Below, piece by piece: positions 20,384 to 29,444 of a stretch of DNA of 49,872 bases; the first letter of the stretch is position 1, and each line of letters begins with the position of its first letter. This stretch comes from Pseudomonadota bacterium. GTDB taxonomy: Bacteria > Desulfobacterota > Desulfobacteria > Desulfobacterales > RPRI01. Location: assembly GCA_043825875.1 (NCBI GenBank), contig JBDRRF010000055.1, positions 1 through 49,872 on the forward strand. The letters run 5' to 3'. A program made the translations under genes and the position numbers. The notes below the pieces were generated by a model that was not told where the DNA came from, searched no databases, and worked only from the letters and a program-made list of their open reading frames with translations.

Positions 20384-20793
20384 ACTATAGGACAATAGAT
20401 CATACCGCCGATATAGGAATAGAGGTTTTTGGTTCTGACCTTTCAGATCTTTTTGAAAACGCAGCCTATGCATTGTATGATCTTTTAATGGATACCAGCA
20501 ACACGCTTTCTTTGTCGGAAACTTCCATCACTGTGACAGGCCAGGACTGGCCAGATCTTATGGTTAACTGGCTCAGGGAACTTTTGTATCTTTTTACAGG
20601 AAAAGGCCTGCTTGTTAAGAGTACAAAGATAATTTTTCTTTCGGAATTTACCATAACCGCAAATATTAAATATGAAGACTTTGTGCCCGGCTGCCATATA
20701 ATAAAGAACGATATAAAGGCTGTCACTTACCACCAGATCAAGGTTGAACCGGAAGGTTCAAAATGGAAGGCAAGGGTTATATTTGATGTTTAA
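20380..20793 (+). CDS. Archease
   Basis: DHTADIG, IKAVTYH, C-terminal FDV; ATGA overlap with upstream gene. Confidence 0.93.
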   Translation: MNYRTIDHTADIGIEVFGSDLSDLFENAAYALYDLLMDTSNTLSLSETSITVTGQDWPDLMVNWLRELLYLFTGKGLLVKSTKIIFLSEFTITANIKYEDFVPGCHIIKNDIKAVTYHQIKVEPEGSKWKARVIFDV

Positions 20794-20800
20794 ACCAAAA

Positions 20801-20898
20801 GGAATCAAGGGTTCAAGGATTCGAGGGTTCGAGGGTTCGAGACATAGATGCACGTAAAATTTCCACTTGAACCCTTGCCCCCTGGAATCCTCGAATCC
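20801..20898. repeat. Inverted arrays of 8-bp tandem repeats
   Basis: Five GGRTTCRA-type units (20801-20840), 26-nt spacer, four reverse-complement units (20867-20898). Confidence 0.85.
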
Positions 20899-20934
20899 TC
20901 AAATCATCGGCTTTAGTCGGGAACAATTGATTGT

Positions 20935-22368
20935 ATGGAATTAAGAAAAATAGACGATTACAGGTGGGAAGTTCCCAAATCGGGACAAATGCGCGTTCCA
21001 GGTATTATATATGCCGGCAATTCATTGATTGAAAGTATAAAGCAGGAAGAAGCAGTAAAACAGGTTGCAAATGTGGCAACTCTTCCCGGAATAATAAAAG
21101 CATCCCTTGCAATGCCGGATATCCACTGGGGATATGGTTTTCCCATAGGAGGTGTTGCGGCATTTGACTGGGAAACCGGAATCATATCTCCCGGAGGTGT
21201 AGGTTATGATATAAACTGTGGTGTACGCCTTGCAAGTACAAAGCTTTGCCAAAAAGATGTAAAAGAAAAACTGGAAGATCTTGTCAACGCGCTTTACCAA
21301 AATATCCCTTCAGGTGTTGGTTCCACTGGCAACATAAAACTTGCTTATTCTGAAGAAAAAAAAGTGTTAAAAGAAGGAAGCAAATGGGCATTGCGACATG
21401 GCATGGCCAATGAATCCGACATAGAACATACGGAAGATTATGGATGTATGCCAAACGCTGATCCTGATACAGTTAGTGATAAAGCACTAGGACGCGGGCT
21501 GAAACAACTTGGGACTCTTGGTTCCGGGAATCATTTTCTTGAAATCGGATTGGTTGAAAAAATCTATGATTTAGATGTTGCACGAGTATTCGGTCTTTTT
21601 GAAGGCCAGGTTACTGTTATGCTGCATTCAGGTTCAAGAGGATTGGGATATCAGATTTGCGATGATTTTCTGGCACACATGGCAAAAAATATTAATAAGA
21701 CCGGAATAGAAATCCCGGACAGACAGCTTGCCTGTGCAATGATTCAGTCTTCTGAGGGAATGCGCTATTTTAATGCAATGGCATGTGCTGCCAACTACGC
21801 ATGGGCAAACAGGCAAATACTTATGCACAAAGCACGGGAAGTATTAATGCGCGTTCTTAAAATAGGACCAAAAGATCTTGGAATGAATCTGGTTTATGAT
21901 GTTTGTCATAATATTGCTAAAAAAGAAACTCACATAGTAGATGGGAAAAGCAAAGTTTTATGTGTTCATAGAAAGGGAGCTACAAGAGCTTTTCCTCCCG
22001 GGCACGAATCAGTTTGTGAAAAGTACAGAGCTGTAGGTCAGCCGGTACTTGTTCCTGGTGATATGGGAAGGGCTTCTTATGTCCTTGTCGGATGCGAAAA
22101 CGCCATGAAAGAAACTTTTGGATCAACATGCCACGGCGCAGGACGAGTGTTGAGCAGAACAGCTGCTTTGAAGAAAAGCAAGGGGCGATCCATTGCCCGC
22201 GAGCTGGAAAATAAAGGAATATATGTCAGATGGACCGGAAGATCAACACTTGGAGAGGAAATGCCGGAAGCATACAAAAATGTTTCCGAAGTAGTAAATA
22301 CTGTCCATGGAGCAGGTATTGCAAGAAAGGTTGCAAAGCTTAAACCAATGGCCGTTTTAAAAGGATGA
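20935..22368 (+). CDS. rtcB: RNA ligase RtcB (archaeal/eukaryotic-like type)
   Basis: MPDIHWGYGFPIGGV, GVGYDINCG, GTLGSGNHF, HSGSRG, HNIAK, HRKGAT, STCHGAGR, EEMPEAYK. Confidence 0.96.
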   Translation: MELRKIDDYRWEVPKSGQMRVPGIIYAGNSLIESIKQEEAVKQVANVATLPGIIKASLAMPDIHWGYGFPIGGVAAFDWETGIISPGGVGYDINCGVRLASTKLCQKDVKEKLEDLVNALYQNIPSGVGSTGNIKLAYSEEKKVLKEGSKWALRHGMANESDIEHTEDYGCMPNADPDTVSDKALGRGLKQLGTLGSGNHFLEIGLVEKIYDLDVARVFGLFEGQVTVMLHSGSRGLGYQICDDFLAHMAKNINKTGIEIPDRQLACAMIQSSEGMRYFNAMACAANYAWANRQILMHKAREVLMRVLKIGPKDLGMNLVYDVCHNIAKKETHIVDGKSKVLCVHRKGATRAFPPGHESVCEKYRAVGQPVLVPGDMGRASYVLVGCENAMKETFGSTCHGAGRVLSRTAALKKSKGRSIARELENKGIYVRWTGRSTLGEEMPEAYKNVSEVVNTVHGAGIARKVAKLKPMAVLKG

Positions 22369-22396
22369 CAGTTTTAAAGAGGAAGACTAATTTCAT

Positions 22397-23218
22397 ATGA
22401 ATATCTTTCAGGCAGCAATCTTAGGAATCATACAGGGAATAACCGAGTTTCTTCCGGTAAGCAGCTCCGGGCATCTTGTGCTTTTTCAAAATCTTTTCGG
22501 ATTAAAAGAAGCTGAATTACTTTTTGATATAAGTGTTCATCTTGGAACACTGGCAGCAGTTATTATCTTTTTTTATAAAGATATCAATGCAATTTTTGTT
22601 TCAGTTTTTAGTTATTGCAAAACGGCATTTAAAACAGGCTCATTTGCTCTTTCAAAAGATGATTTAGAAACCAAGTTCGCACTATTGATTGTTATCGGAT
22701 CAGTTCCTACCGCAATAATAGGTCTAATGTTTAAAAAGATAGCAGATCAGCTTTTCTCATCGGTTTTGATTGCAGGTCTAATGTTTATCCTTACAGGCCT
22801 GATTTTACTTACTACCAGCCTTATAAAAATCCCACCAAAAGAAAATGCACTTTTTTCAATTAAAGATGCACTAATTATAGGCATATCCCAGGGTCTTGCG
22901 ATAATGCCTGGATTATCAAGATCAGGCACCACAATATCTACAGGTCTGTTTCTGGGGCTGAATCACGAAACCGCTGCAAAATATTCTTTCCTTCTTTCCA
23001 TACCGGCTATTGTGGGAGCTTCATTTTTAAGTTTTACAGACATTTCCAATAGTAATTTAATACCTTTAGGAACAATTTTAGCCGGAGTCATTTCATCATG
23101 TGCGTCCGGTTATTTTGCTCTCAAATTTCTTTTATATATAGTAAAAAAAGGACGGCTCCATTATTTTTCGCCGTATTGTTTTGCAATCGGGATATTTAGT
23201 ATAATTTTAGGATTTTAA
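22397..23218 (+). CDS. uppP: Undecaprenyl-diphosphate phosphatase
   Basis: QGITEFLPVSSSGHL, PGLSRSGTT, YSFLLSIP. Confidence 0.96.
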   Translation: MNIFQAAILGIIQGITEFLPVSSSGHLVLFQNLFGLKEAELLFDISVHLGTLAAVIIFFYKDINAIFVSVFSYCKTAFKTGSFALSKDDLETKFALLIVIGSVPTAIIGLMFKKIADQLFSSVLIAGLMFILTGLILLTTSLIKIPPKENALFSIKDALIIGISQGLAIMPGLSRSGTTISTGLFLGLNHETAAKYSFLLSIPAIVGASFLSFTDISNSNLIPLGTILAGVISSCASGYFALKFLLYIVKKGRLHYFSPYCFAIGIFSIILGF

Positions 23219-23233
23219 ATAAAGGCTTAATTT

Positions 23234-24586
23234 ATGAACCCGGAGATTTTCAGAGAATACGATATAAGAGGCATAACAAATAAAGATCTTAATGAAGAAG
23301 ATGTTGTTCTGATAGGAAAAGGAATTGGCACCTATCTTCATAAACACTGTAAATCAAATATTTCTGTCGGGCGCGATTGCCGCTTAACTTCAGACAGATA
23401 TTCGGATAAGCTGATTGAAGGTCTGCTTTCAACAGGCTGCGATGTAACAGATATTGGAATTTGCCCGACACCTGTCTTGTATTATTCTATACAGCATTTA
23501 AAGAAGCAAGGCGGCGTAATGGTAACCGCAAGCCATAATCCACCGGAATATAATGGTTTTAAAGTTTGTATTGGTCCAGATTCGTTATATGGGAAAGAGC
23601 TTCTGGAAGTACTTAACATAATCAATAATAAAACTTTCCTTTCAGGAAATGGTTTGCTTTCTTCCTCTGATGTGATTACTCCCTATAAGGAATTTGTGCA
23701 AAATAATATATCCATTTCCAAAAGCCTTAAGGTTGGAATTGATGCCGGAAACGGCACAGCAGGAGTTATTGCCGTTCCTGTTTTAAAAAATCTTGGATGT
23801 GAGGTCCTTGATCTTTACTGTGATATGGATGGGGCATTTCCCAATCATGAAGCCGATCCGACGGTATTAAAGAATATGGAAGACCTGATAAAGCTTGTTA
23901 AGGAAAAGCAACTTGACCTTGGCATTGGTTATGACGGAGATGGCGACCGTTTAGGTGTAGTTGATGAGAAAGGCGATATAATTTACGGCGATCAGCTCAT
24001 GATTATATTTTCAAGGGAAATTCTGTCAAGAAAACCAGGCGCAACTTTCATATCTGAAGTCAAGTGTTCAAAAACCATGTATGACGACATAGAAAAGCAT
24101 GGTGGCCATGCAATCATGTGGAAAACCGGACATTCTCTGATTAAGAAAAAAATGAAAGAAGAAAAAGCAGAGCTTGCCGGAGAAATGAGCGGGCATATGT
24201 TTTTTGCAGATCGTTATTTCGGCTTTGATGACGCAGTATATGCTTCTTGCAGGCTTCTTGAAATTATCGCAAAAACAGGAAAAAAGATTTCCGAACTTTT
24301 ATCGGATATCCCTAAAACTTATTCAACACCTGAAATAAGAGTTGATTGCCCTGACAACAAGAAATTTGCACTTGTTAAAAAAGTAACGGAGCATTTCAGG
24401 AAATCAAATAATATCATAGATATCGATGGAGTAAGAGTTCTCTTTGATGATGGATGGGGCCTTGTACGCGCATCCAACACACAACCTGCTCTTGTGCTTA
24501 GATTTGAAGCAATGTCGGAAAAAAGGCTTACAGAAATAAAAGATCTGGTTGACTCAACTCTTGCTAAAATCCGTGAACAGATCTGA
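23234..24586 (+). CDS. Phosphomannomutase/phosphoglucomutase (AlgC-type)
   Basis: FREYDIRG, TASHNP, DGDGDR, GEMSGH, VRASNT. Confidence 0.95.
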   Translation: MNPEIFREYDIRGITNKDLNEEDVVLIGKGIGTYLHKHCKSNISVGRDCRLTSDRYSDKLIEGLLSTGCDVTDIGICPTPVLYYSIQHLKKQGGVMVTASHNPPEYNGFKVCIGPDSLYGKELLEVLNIINNKTFLSGNGLLSSSDVITPYKEFVQNNISISKSLKVGIDAGNGTAGVIAVPVLKNLGCEVLDLYCDMDGAFPNHEADPTVLKNMEDLIKLVKEKQLDLGIGYDGDGDRLGVVDEKGDIIYGDQLMIIFSREILSRKPGATFISEVKCSKTMYDDIEKHGGHAIMWKTGHSLIKKKMKEEKAELAGEMSGHMFFADRYFGFDDAVYASCRLLEIIAKTGKKISELLSDIPKTYSTPEIRVDCPDNKKFALVKKVTEHFRKSNNIIDIDGVRVLFDDGWGLVRASNTQPALVLRFEAMSEKRLTEIKDLVDSTLAKIREQI

Positions 24587-24757
24587 GGTTTTTGTTTTCT
24601 TTCTTGTAATACCAAGTTGCATTCAAAAAGATAGCAAGGAGGTAAGAAAGTTTTCCAACAGGTATAAATTTGTTGGTAAGGAGTAGTGAAAGAACAGGGG
24701 ATGAGGCAGGCTTTTGTTTCGTTGATATACAATATATTTAGCATGTTAAATATTTAA

Positions 24758-24778
24758 TCACTATTCAAGATGTGACCC
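24758..24778 (+). repeat. Left member of an inverted 21-bp motif pair
   Basis: TCACTATTCAAGATGTGACCC matches the reverse complement of 26532-26552 at 18/21 positions. Confidence 0.65.
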
Positions 24779-25124
24779 TGATCTTCCCCATAGCGATTTA
24801 GATTATTCTCTTACATCATAAACCCCAAATCGATACTTCCAGGCCATGAACAGCCGGATCAACGAGATTCAGCATTATTTACAATTACAGAATATCAAAT
24901 CCATTAAAAGGTTTGCTTATAAGCATCTTGTGGCGTTTGCCGGGAACTTTCAAAACCCGTCCATTCACGTCACAGATCAACTGGGGTCACCCATTAAAGG
25001 GTTCGTCAAGGTTCGACTCCGATCTGTTTTTTCACTGAATGCCAACACCCGCTCAAAGCGGCACTCATGCGGCAGTACAGTCTGAACACAGCACATCACG
25101 CTCGAATCGTAAACCCAGAATTTG

Positions 25125-26117
25125 TTATAACGCCACTTCGTGGATTGCCAGTTTGTTAGACTGGACCTTTTCTCCATCTATCTCCAGCTTCGCATCGACA
25201 TCAGACAGATATCGGAAATATTGATATTGCCTAGAAGATGACAAATTGGGCGTAATAGGGACGGGTTGCCTGCTGATAATGTGCTTTAGCTTGTGAGTTA
25301 TCGTGCCTTTGATACCGGGGTGATCAAAGGTTAATACAACCTTATGAGGGCACATAATACCTGATTTAGCGTCTAGTTCAAGTTCGCTTGCCTCTATATA
25401 ATATTCACCATTTCTGGAATAATCAAATAGCTTATCACCTTTTAACGCCCACAGCCATTTGGCCTTCTGGCACCCCAAAGGATCTGTCATTTGTACCTCC
25501 CAGTATACCAACGTGTGATTAGGTAAGTAGGGAGACCCCCAATACCAATAATCGAAAATGTCTCCGATTTTCATATTGGTCCATTGATGATCGGCATATC
25601 CCTCACCGCTGACTGGTATTTCTTTGCCGGCTAAGATTAGTTTGCCAGTAACCCTGGATCGCGGACGTATGAAATATGTGAAGAAGATAGGAGTAGTCGG
25701 TGCGCACACTCGCCCAATATAGGCCCCGTCGGGAGGCTCTCCCAGTAGCGGTTGGGTGAGGGATTCGAAAACAAGCTCTACACCCATATCACCGGTGAAA
25801 AATCGATACTCGTACTTGGGAAACTTGCCGCGATAGTAGTTATCGCCCATCTTAATATCCAGAGTTTCAGTTGAAGCGCTCACATCTTCACGCTCAAAGG
25901 GAACATAACTCTCTATCGTCATATTTCCTTGCGGATCGCATATCTGAAAACCAACGGTAGCACTATAATCGGTAACGAACCATGTACAAGATAAGTTATA
26001 TCCGTTATCGAAAATGGCATTTGTATGCCACCACTGCATTTGTTCCGGGTACCCTGTTAAAGGATGAAAAGCCCAGTGCTTCTCTTTGGTTCTATAGACT
26101 TCCGGATTTCTATTCAT
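25125..26117 (-). CDS. Lipocalin-like/AttH-CrtC-type double beta-barrel protein (putative hydratase/cyclase)
   Basis: QWWHTNAIFDNG, G.L.L.GK.IPVSGEGYADHQW, YWYWG; SD GGAGG; visibly higher GC than flanks. Confidence 0.6.
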   Translation of the reverse strand: MNRNPEVYRTKEKHWAFHPLTGYPEQMQWWHTNAIFDNGYNLSCTWFVTDYSATVGFQICDPQGNMTIESYVPFEREDVSASTETLDIKMGDNYYRGKFPKYEYRFFTGDMGVELVFESLTQPLLGEPPDGAYIGRVCAPTTPIFFTYFIRPRSRVTGKLILAGKEIPVSGEGYADHQWTNMKIGDIFDYWYWGSPYLPNHTLVYWEVQMTDPLGCQKAKWLWALKGDKLFDYSRNGEYYIEASELELDAKSGIMCPHKVVLTFDHPGIKGTITHKLKHIISRQPVPITPNLSSSRQYQYFRYLSDVDAKLEIDGEKVQSNKLAIHEVAL

Positions 26118-26323
26118 GGTTTTGGCCTCCTCTTATTACTGGATGTTTACTAGATGTATTAATCATCTTGCCATCTGTGCCCCTTAGGGTCAGTCCCTTA
26201 TTGGAGCTTATGCCCCCCTGTTCGGTTTCTTTACCCCCTTTCAATCCCATTTTAGCAGACAATCTACAGTCTTTTCATATCTGCGCGCTGCTTTTATTTG
26301 TTTGACAACACTGTCCCACCGAT

Positions 26324-26389
26324 TGCTAACCCACATCAATAGAGAGCAGGGCTTCAGCCTTACGAATCAAGTGCATGTAGTGGTTAATT
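26324..26389 (-). other. Degenerate integron attC-like site
   Basis: Reverse strand AATTAAC-CACTACATGCAC...TTGATGTGG-GTTAGCA at the 3' end of a gene fragment. Confidence 0.45.
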
Positions 26390-26495
26390 GAGTATTTATT
26401 TTTTCAAGAAAATCAGCACACTCTTCCGGATGAGTTATTGATAGAAGATGTCCTGCACCCTTTATCACAATGCAATCATTTTTCGGGCACAAAAT
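26367..26495 (-). pseudogene. C-terminal fragment of an alpha/beta-hydrolase
   Basis: Reads ILCPKNDCIVIKGAGHLLSITHPEECADFLEK..., the GAGH...HPE catalytic-His tail; no N-terminal part present. Confidence 0.6.
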
Positions 26496-26542
26496 TATAG
26501 ATTACTGGTGTCAAATCTTTATAGATTACTGGTGTCAAATCT
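26495..26542 (+). repeat. Exact 24-bp tandem duplication
   Basis: TTATAGATTACTGGTGTCAAATCT x2. Confidence 0.9.
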
Positions 26543-26552
26543 TGAACAGTGA
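26531..26552 (-). repeat. Right member of the inverted 21-bp motif pair
   Basis: GGTGTCAAATCTTGAACAGTGA on the + strand. Confidence 0.65.
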
Positions 26553-26572
26553 ATAATAAATAATTAATGGTG

Positions 26573-26594
26573 TATTTTAACAAATCTATCAATT
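26573..26594 (+). repeat. 22-bp direct repeat, left of the R-M genes
   Basis: TATTTTAACAAATCTATCAATT; 21/22 identical to 29383-29404. Confidence 0.75.
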
Positions 26595-26795
26595 GGTTAT
26601 CTAAATTATATATCCTTTTGATTTTTCTAAGGAGTACACCACTTCACAATTTTAAACAATTTATCCTAAATCCAAATATGTCTACTAATGGCTCCAGCCC
26701 TTACACGAACCATCTCTTTACCATGATATTACATATTGTCCGGAAGGCATCCTTTCTGATGCTCTTAGCATAGATTGTCTAATATCATATCCAGG

Positions 26796-27764
26796 CTATT
26801 GTTCATAAGGCCCCAGAAAACGTTCGCCGTTAAAATGAATCAAATGTGTTGGTGATTCGGCAATCCAGACTTCAGTCTCCCACGAAATGTCATTTAAATA
26901 TTTAAGCATAGCCTTTCGATCAAGAAATGCAGTCACAAAAACCAAACCGGCAGTCGATCCCGAAAACAACTCCTTCAATTCCTGCCTGCGTTTCGGATCT
27001 ACTGGTCCATGACTGGTTACAGCCTCAATCAGTACAAGCCAATTTTTTTCTGTATTGCGTATCACGATATCTGGCATTTTACCGTGTTCTTCAATATTAA
27101 CGCCCAGTGATGCCAGAGCTTCCAAGTCAAAGTATGCCCACTTCTTTTCAGTATCCCCAACATAAATGACAAAACCTTCAGGCGTAAACAAGGGGCAGAA
27201 ATCATCTATAATCTTTTTAACAAGGACATTTTGTCCGCCAGGGGAAAGATTGATTTTATGGCCCTTCGATAGATTAACGGGCAGTCGCCTCATCTCTCTT
27301 TCGCGTGCATAAAGCTTTTTCAAGGTATCCACAGTTTCAAGATATTTTTGTAAATACTTCTTCCATACAGGTTTTCCAAAATCACGAAGAAGTTTTAACG
27401 CAGATGGTTCGATTTGATAAACTGCTTTTGGGCTATTAGTTGGTCTTGAAGGCTTGTCAGGATTAGCTACGACTAAAGCGGCTTGCAAAAACTGGTGAAT
27501 GGTTTGACGGCGTACCGTCTCACGGGTGTTGGGTGCATATTTCTTTCCGTACTGTTCCTCAAAGAAATACATCATAGGTGTGATACCCATTAATGGATTA
27601 GTTGCATCCTCCCATTTGCCTGCAGGCTTGAGATCAAGCAAAGACAGAAGAGTCAGAGCAGACCGTTCGTTTTGTTGCTGTCTCGGAAATCCCAAATCGT
27701 TTAATATCGAAAGCGCTTCCTTTATTTTATCTTCTGCTTTCTTTTTGCTTGTCTTACTGCTCAC
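26796..27764 (-). CDS. BsuBI/PstI-family type II restriction endonuclease
   Basis: YAPNTRETVRRQT, RPTNSPK, HGKMPD, LIEAVTSHGP, ISWETEVW, HLIHFNG. Confidence 0.93.
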   Translation of the reverse strand: MSSKTSKKKAEDKIKEALSILNDLGFPRQQQNERSALTLLSLLDLKPAGKWEDATNPLMGITPMMYFFEEQYGKKYAPNTRETVRRQTIHQFLQAALVVANPDKPSRPTNSPKAVYQIEPSALKLLRDFGKPVWKKYLQKYLETVDTLKKLYAREREMRRLPVNLSKGHKINLSPGGQNVLVKKIIDDFCPLFTPEGFVIYVGDTEKKWAYFDLEALASLGVNIEEHGKMPDIVIRNTEKNWLVLIEAVTSHGPVDPKRRQELKELFSGSTAGLVFVTAFLDRKAMLKYLNDISWETEVWIAESPTHLIHFNGERFLGPYEQ

Positions 27765-29277
27765 TGCTCAGGCACTCCTTTTCTATCATGGCATCAATAG
27801 TTTCCTGATCCGGCATTTTATCGTTTATATGAGCGCCAAGCCGAACAAGCTGTTCATAGGTTGGATATGGCATCTTTCTGAGATCGGTGGCATTTACCTG
27901 GGTGTGTCCGCTAAATAGACGGAAATACTGATCTGCGATAGTAGAATTAAGATATACCGATAATCCTTTTGCCAGCTCAGCAGACAATCCTCTTCCACTT
28001 TTATGGAAGTAGTTCAGGTGATTTTCGAATCCTACAAGGTTTGCGTTGATCTTTGTGGGATCATATATAGCTGCCATAACCCGCCTGGGTTGTTCCTTGG
28101 ACGAAAATCTTTTTGTAAGTACATAGAATCCGGCTTCAATAAAAAGACCAAGCGTTTCTGACGACACCCGGATTGCATTGGGTTTCTTTCCTGATTCAAC
28201 AGGCCAATTAATAAAGCCATCCTGAAAATGACATGGATAAATTAAAGGAACTGTTTCTTGCGCAGGGATCTGGATGAGGTACTCCCTTGCTCTGAAATCG
28301 ACAACCTTTCCTGTGGAAACAGTCAAACCCAGTTTACCAAGAGATGAAGTAAAGCATTTTATTCGCTCTGCCGGGCTATCGTCAGGACCATTTACGCCAA
28401 GATGGATGAACATATCCGTATCACTCGGATATACAACACGATTGTATGGAACTGACAGGGAATGTACCCTATCGAAATCGAAACCATCTGACGTGGAAAT
28501 TTTGATGGACTTTGGTTTATTCACCCCCCGGATGGCATGATAGATGATGTTTTCCTGCAACACATTATCATCACCAAATGCCTTCTTGCGTGATTCGAAT
28601 ATATGAATATGCTTAAGACTCATGGTTCGTAAGAATGCAATCCGGAACTTTCGGAAATAAGGGCCATTGCAAAAGCTGCGAGGTGTTATTGCCACCATTT
28701 GCCCGCCCGGTTCTATCATAAGCATTGACAGCCAAACGAAAACTGCATACAGGTTTGCCACTTCAATATCTGAAGAATAAAGTTTTTTACTCATGGCAGT
28801 CCGGCTATTTATCTTCATATAGGGAGGGTTGAGAATAACATGGGTGAATTGCTCGCCAGGCACAGCAAAAAGAGGCTCTTTTATTTCTTCAATGGCAACT
28901 GAAACAAAATCTTCACTCCTGATAATTCCTTGAAACGCAATATCATATGATGTGCACAGCGATTGACATCTCTCCATGGTCTCTTCCAGGTGAGGCAGAA
29001 TTGCAGCATCTGTTTCATAAGCAACAACCTTTATGGAAAGTGGGCGATTCTTTTGAAAAACCAGGGTTTCAACGCACATGGCAAAAAGCACGCCGGTTCC
29101 TGCACCCGGGTCCAAAATCCTTACCTGCAAAGATCTGCTTTCAAACATAGAAGCCATAAACTTAGCTATGGAGGCAGGTGTCAAAAACTGACCGATCTTG
29201 GAACGGTCAGTTCTGCTGGTTGCGCCATTAAATGATTCACGAACATGGTCAAGTGTATGTAAGGATTTAAATATCAT
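27754..29277 (-). CDS. N6-adenine DNA methyltransferase (M.BsuBI/PstI-like, gamma order)
   Basis: GQFLTP, ILDPGAGTG, NPPY, PRSFCNGPYF, FSGHTQVNATDL; start uncertain. Confidence 0.92.
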   Translation of the reverse strand: MIFKSLHTLDHVRESFNGATSRTDRSKIGQFLTPASIAKFMASMFESRSLQVRILDPGAGTGVLFAMCVETLVFQKNRPLSIKVVAYETDAAILPHLEETMERCQSLCTSYDIAFQGIIRSEDFVSVAIEEIKEPLFAVPGEQFTHVILNPPYMKINSRTAMSKKLYSSDIEVANLYAVFVWLSMLMIEPGGQMVAITPRSFCNGPYFRKFRIAFLRTMSLKHIHIFESRKKAFGDDNVLQENIIYHAIRGVNKPKSIKISTSDGFDFDRVHSLSVPYNRVVYPSDTDMFIHLGVNGPDDSPAERIKCFTSSLGKLGLTVSTGKVVDFRAREYLIQIPAQETVPLIYPCHFQDGFINWPVESGKKPNAIRVSSETLGLFIEAGFYVLTKRFSSKEQPRRVMAAIYDPTKINANLVGFENHLNYFHKSGRGLSAELAKGLSVYLNSTIADQYFRLFSGHTQVNATDLRKMPYPTYEQLVRLGAHINDKMPDQETIDAMIEKECLSSEQ

Positions 29278-29382
29278 ATAAATATTAGCTGCAAAGTTAT
29301 ATTTGGCAGAATTTACCGCTGTTTGTTTCAGGAAGTTACCAGTTGCAAATTCCAAATTAAGAACATTTAATGCTTAATATTA

Positions 29383-29404
29383 TATTTTAACCAATCTATC
29401 AATT
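29383..29404 (+). repeat. 22-bp direct repeat, right of the R-M genes
   Basis: TATTTTAACCAATCTATCAATT. Confidence 0.75.
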
Positions 29405-29444
29405 AATTGTTTGGATATGCTCTGCTTTTTATTTATACTAAAGT

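Noticed and set aside
20801..20898. CRISPR interpretation of the repeats here and at 26495
   Set aside because: Units are contiguous with no unique spacers, and no cas genes are in the window
24724..24751. dif-like site (GCATGTTAAAT resembles the XerD arm)
   Set aside because: The XerC arm does not match; plausible by chance in AT-rich DNA
24846..25224. Several short ORFs (79, 66 and 61 aa)
   Set aside because: No SD or recognisable motif, mutually overlapping; probably decayed DNA
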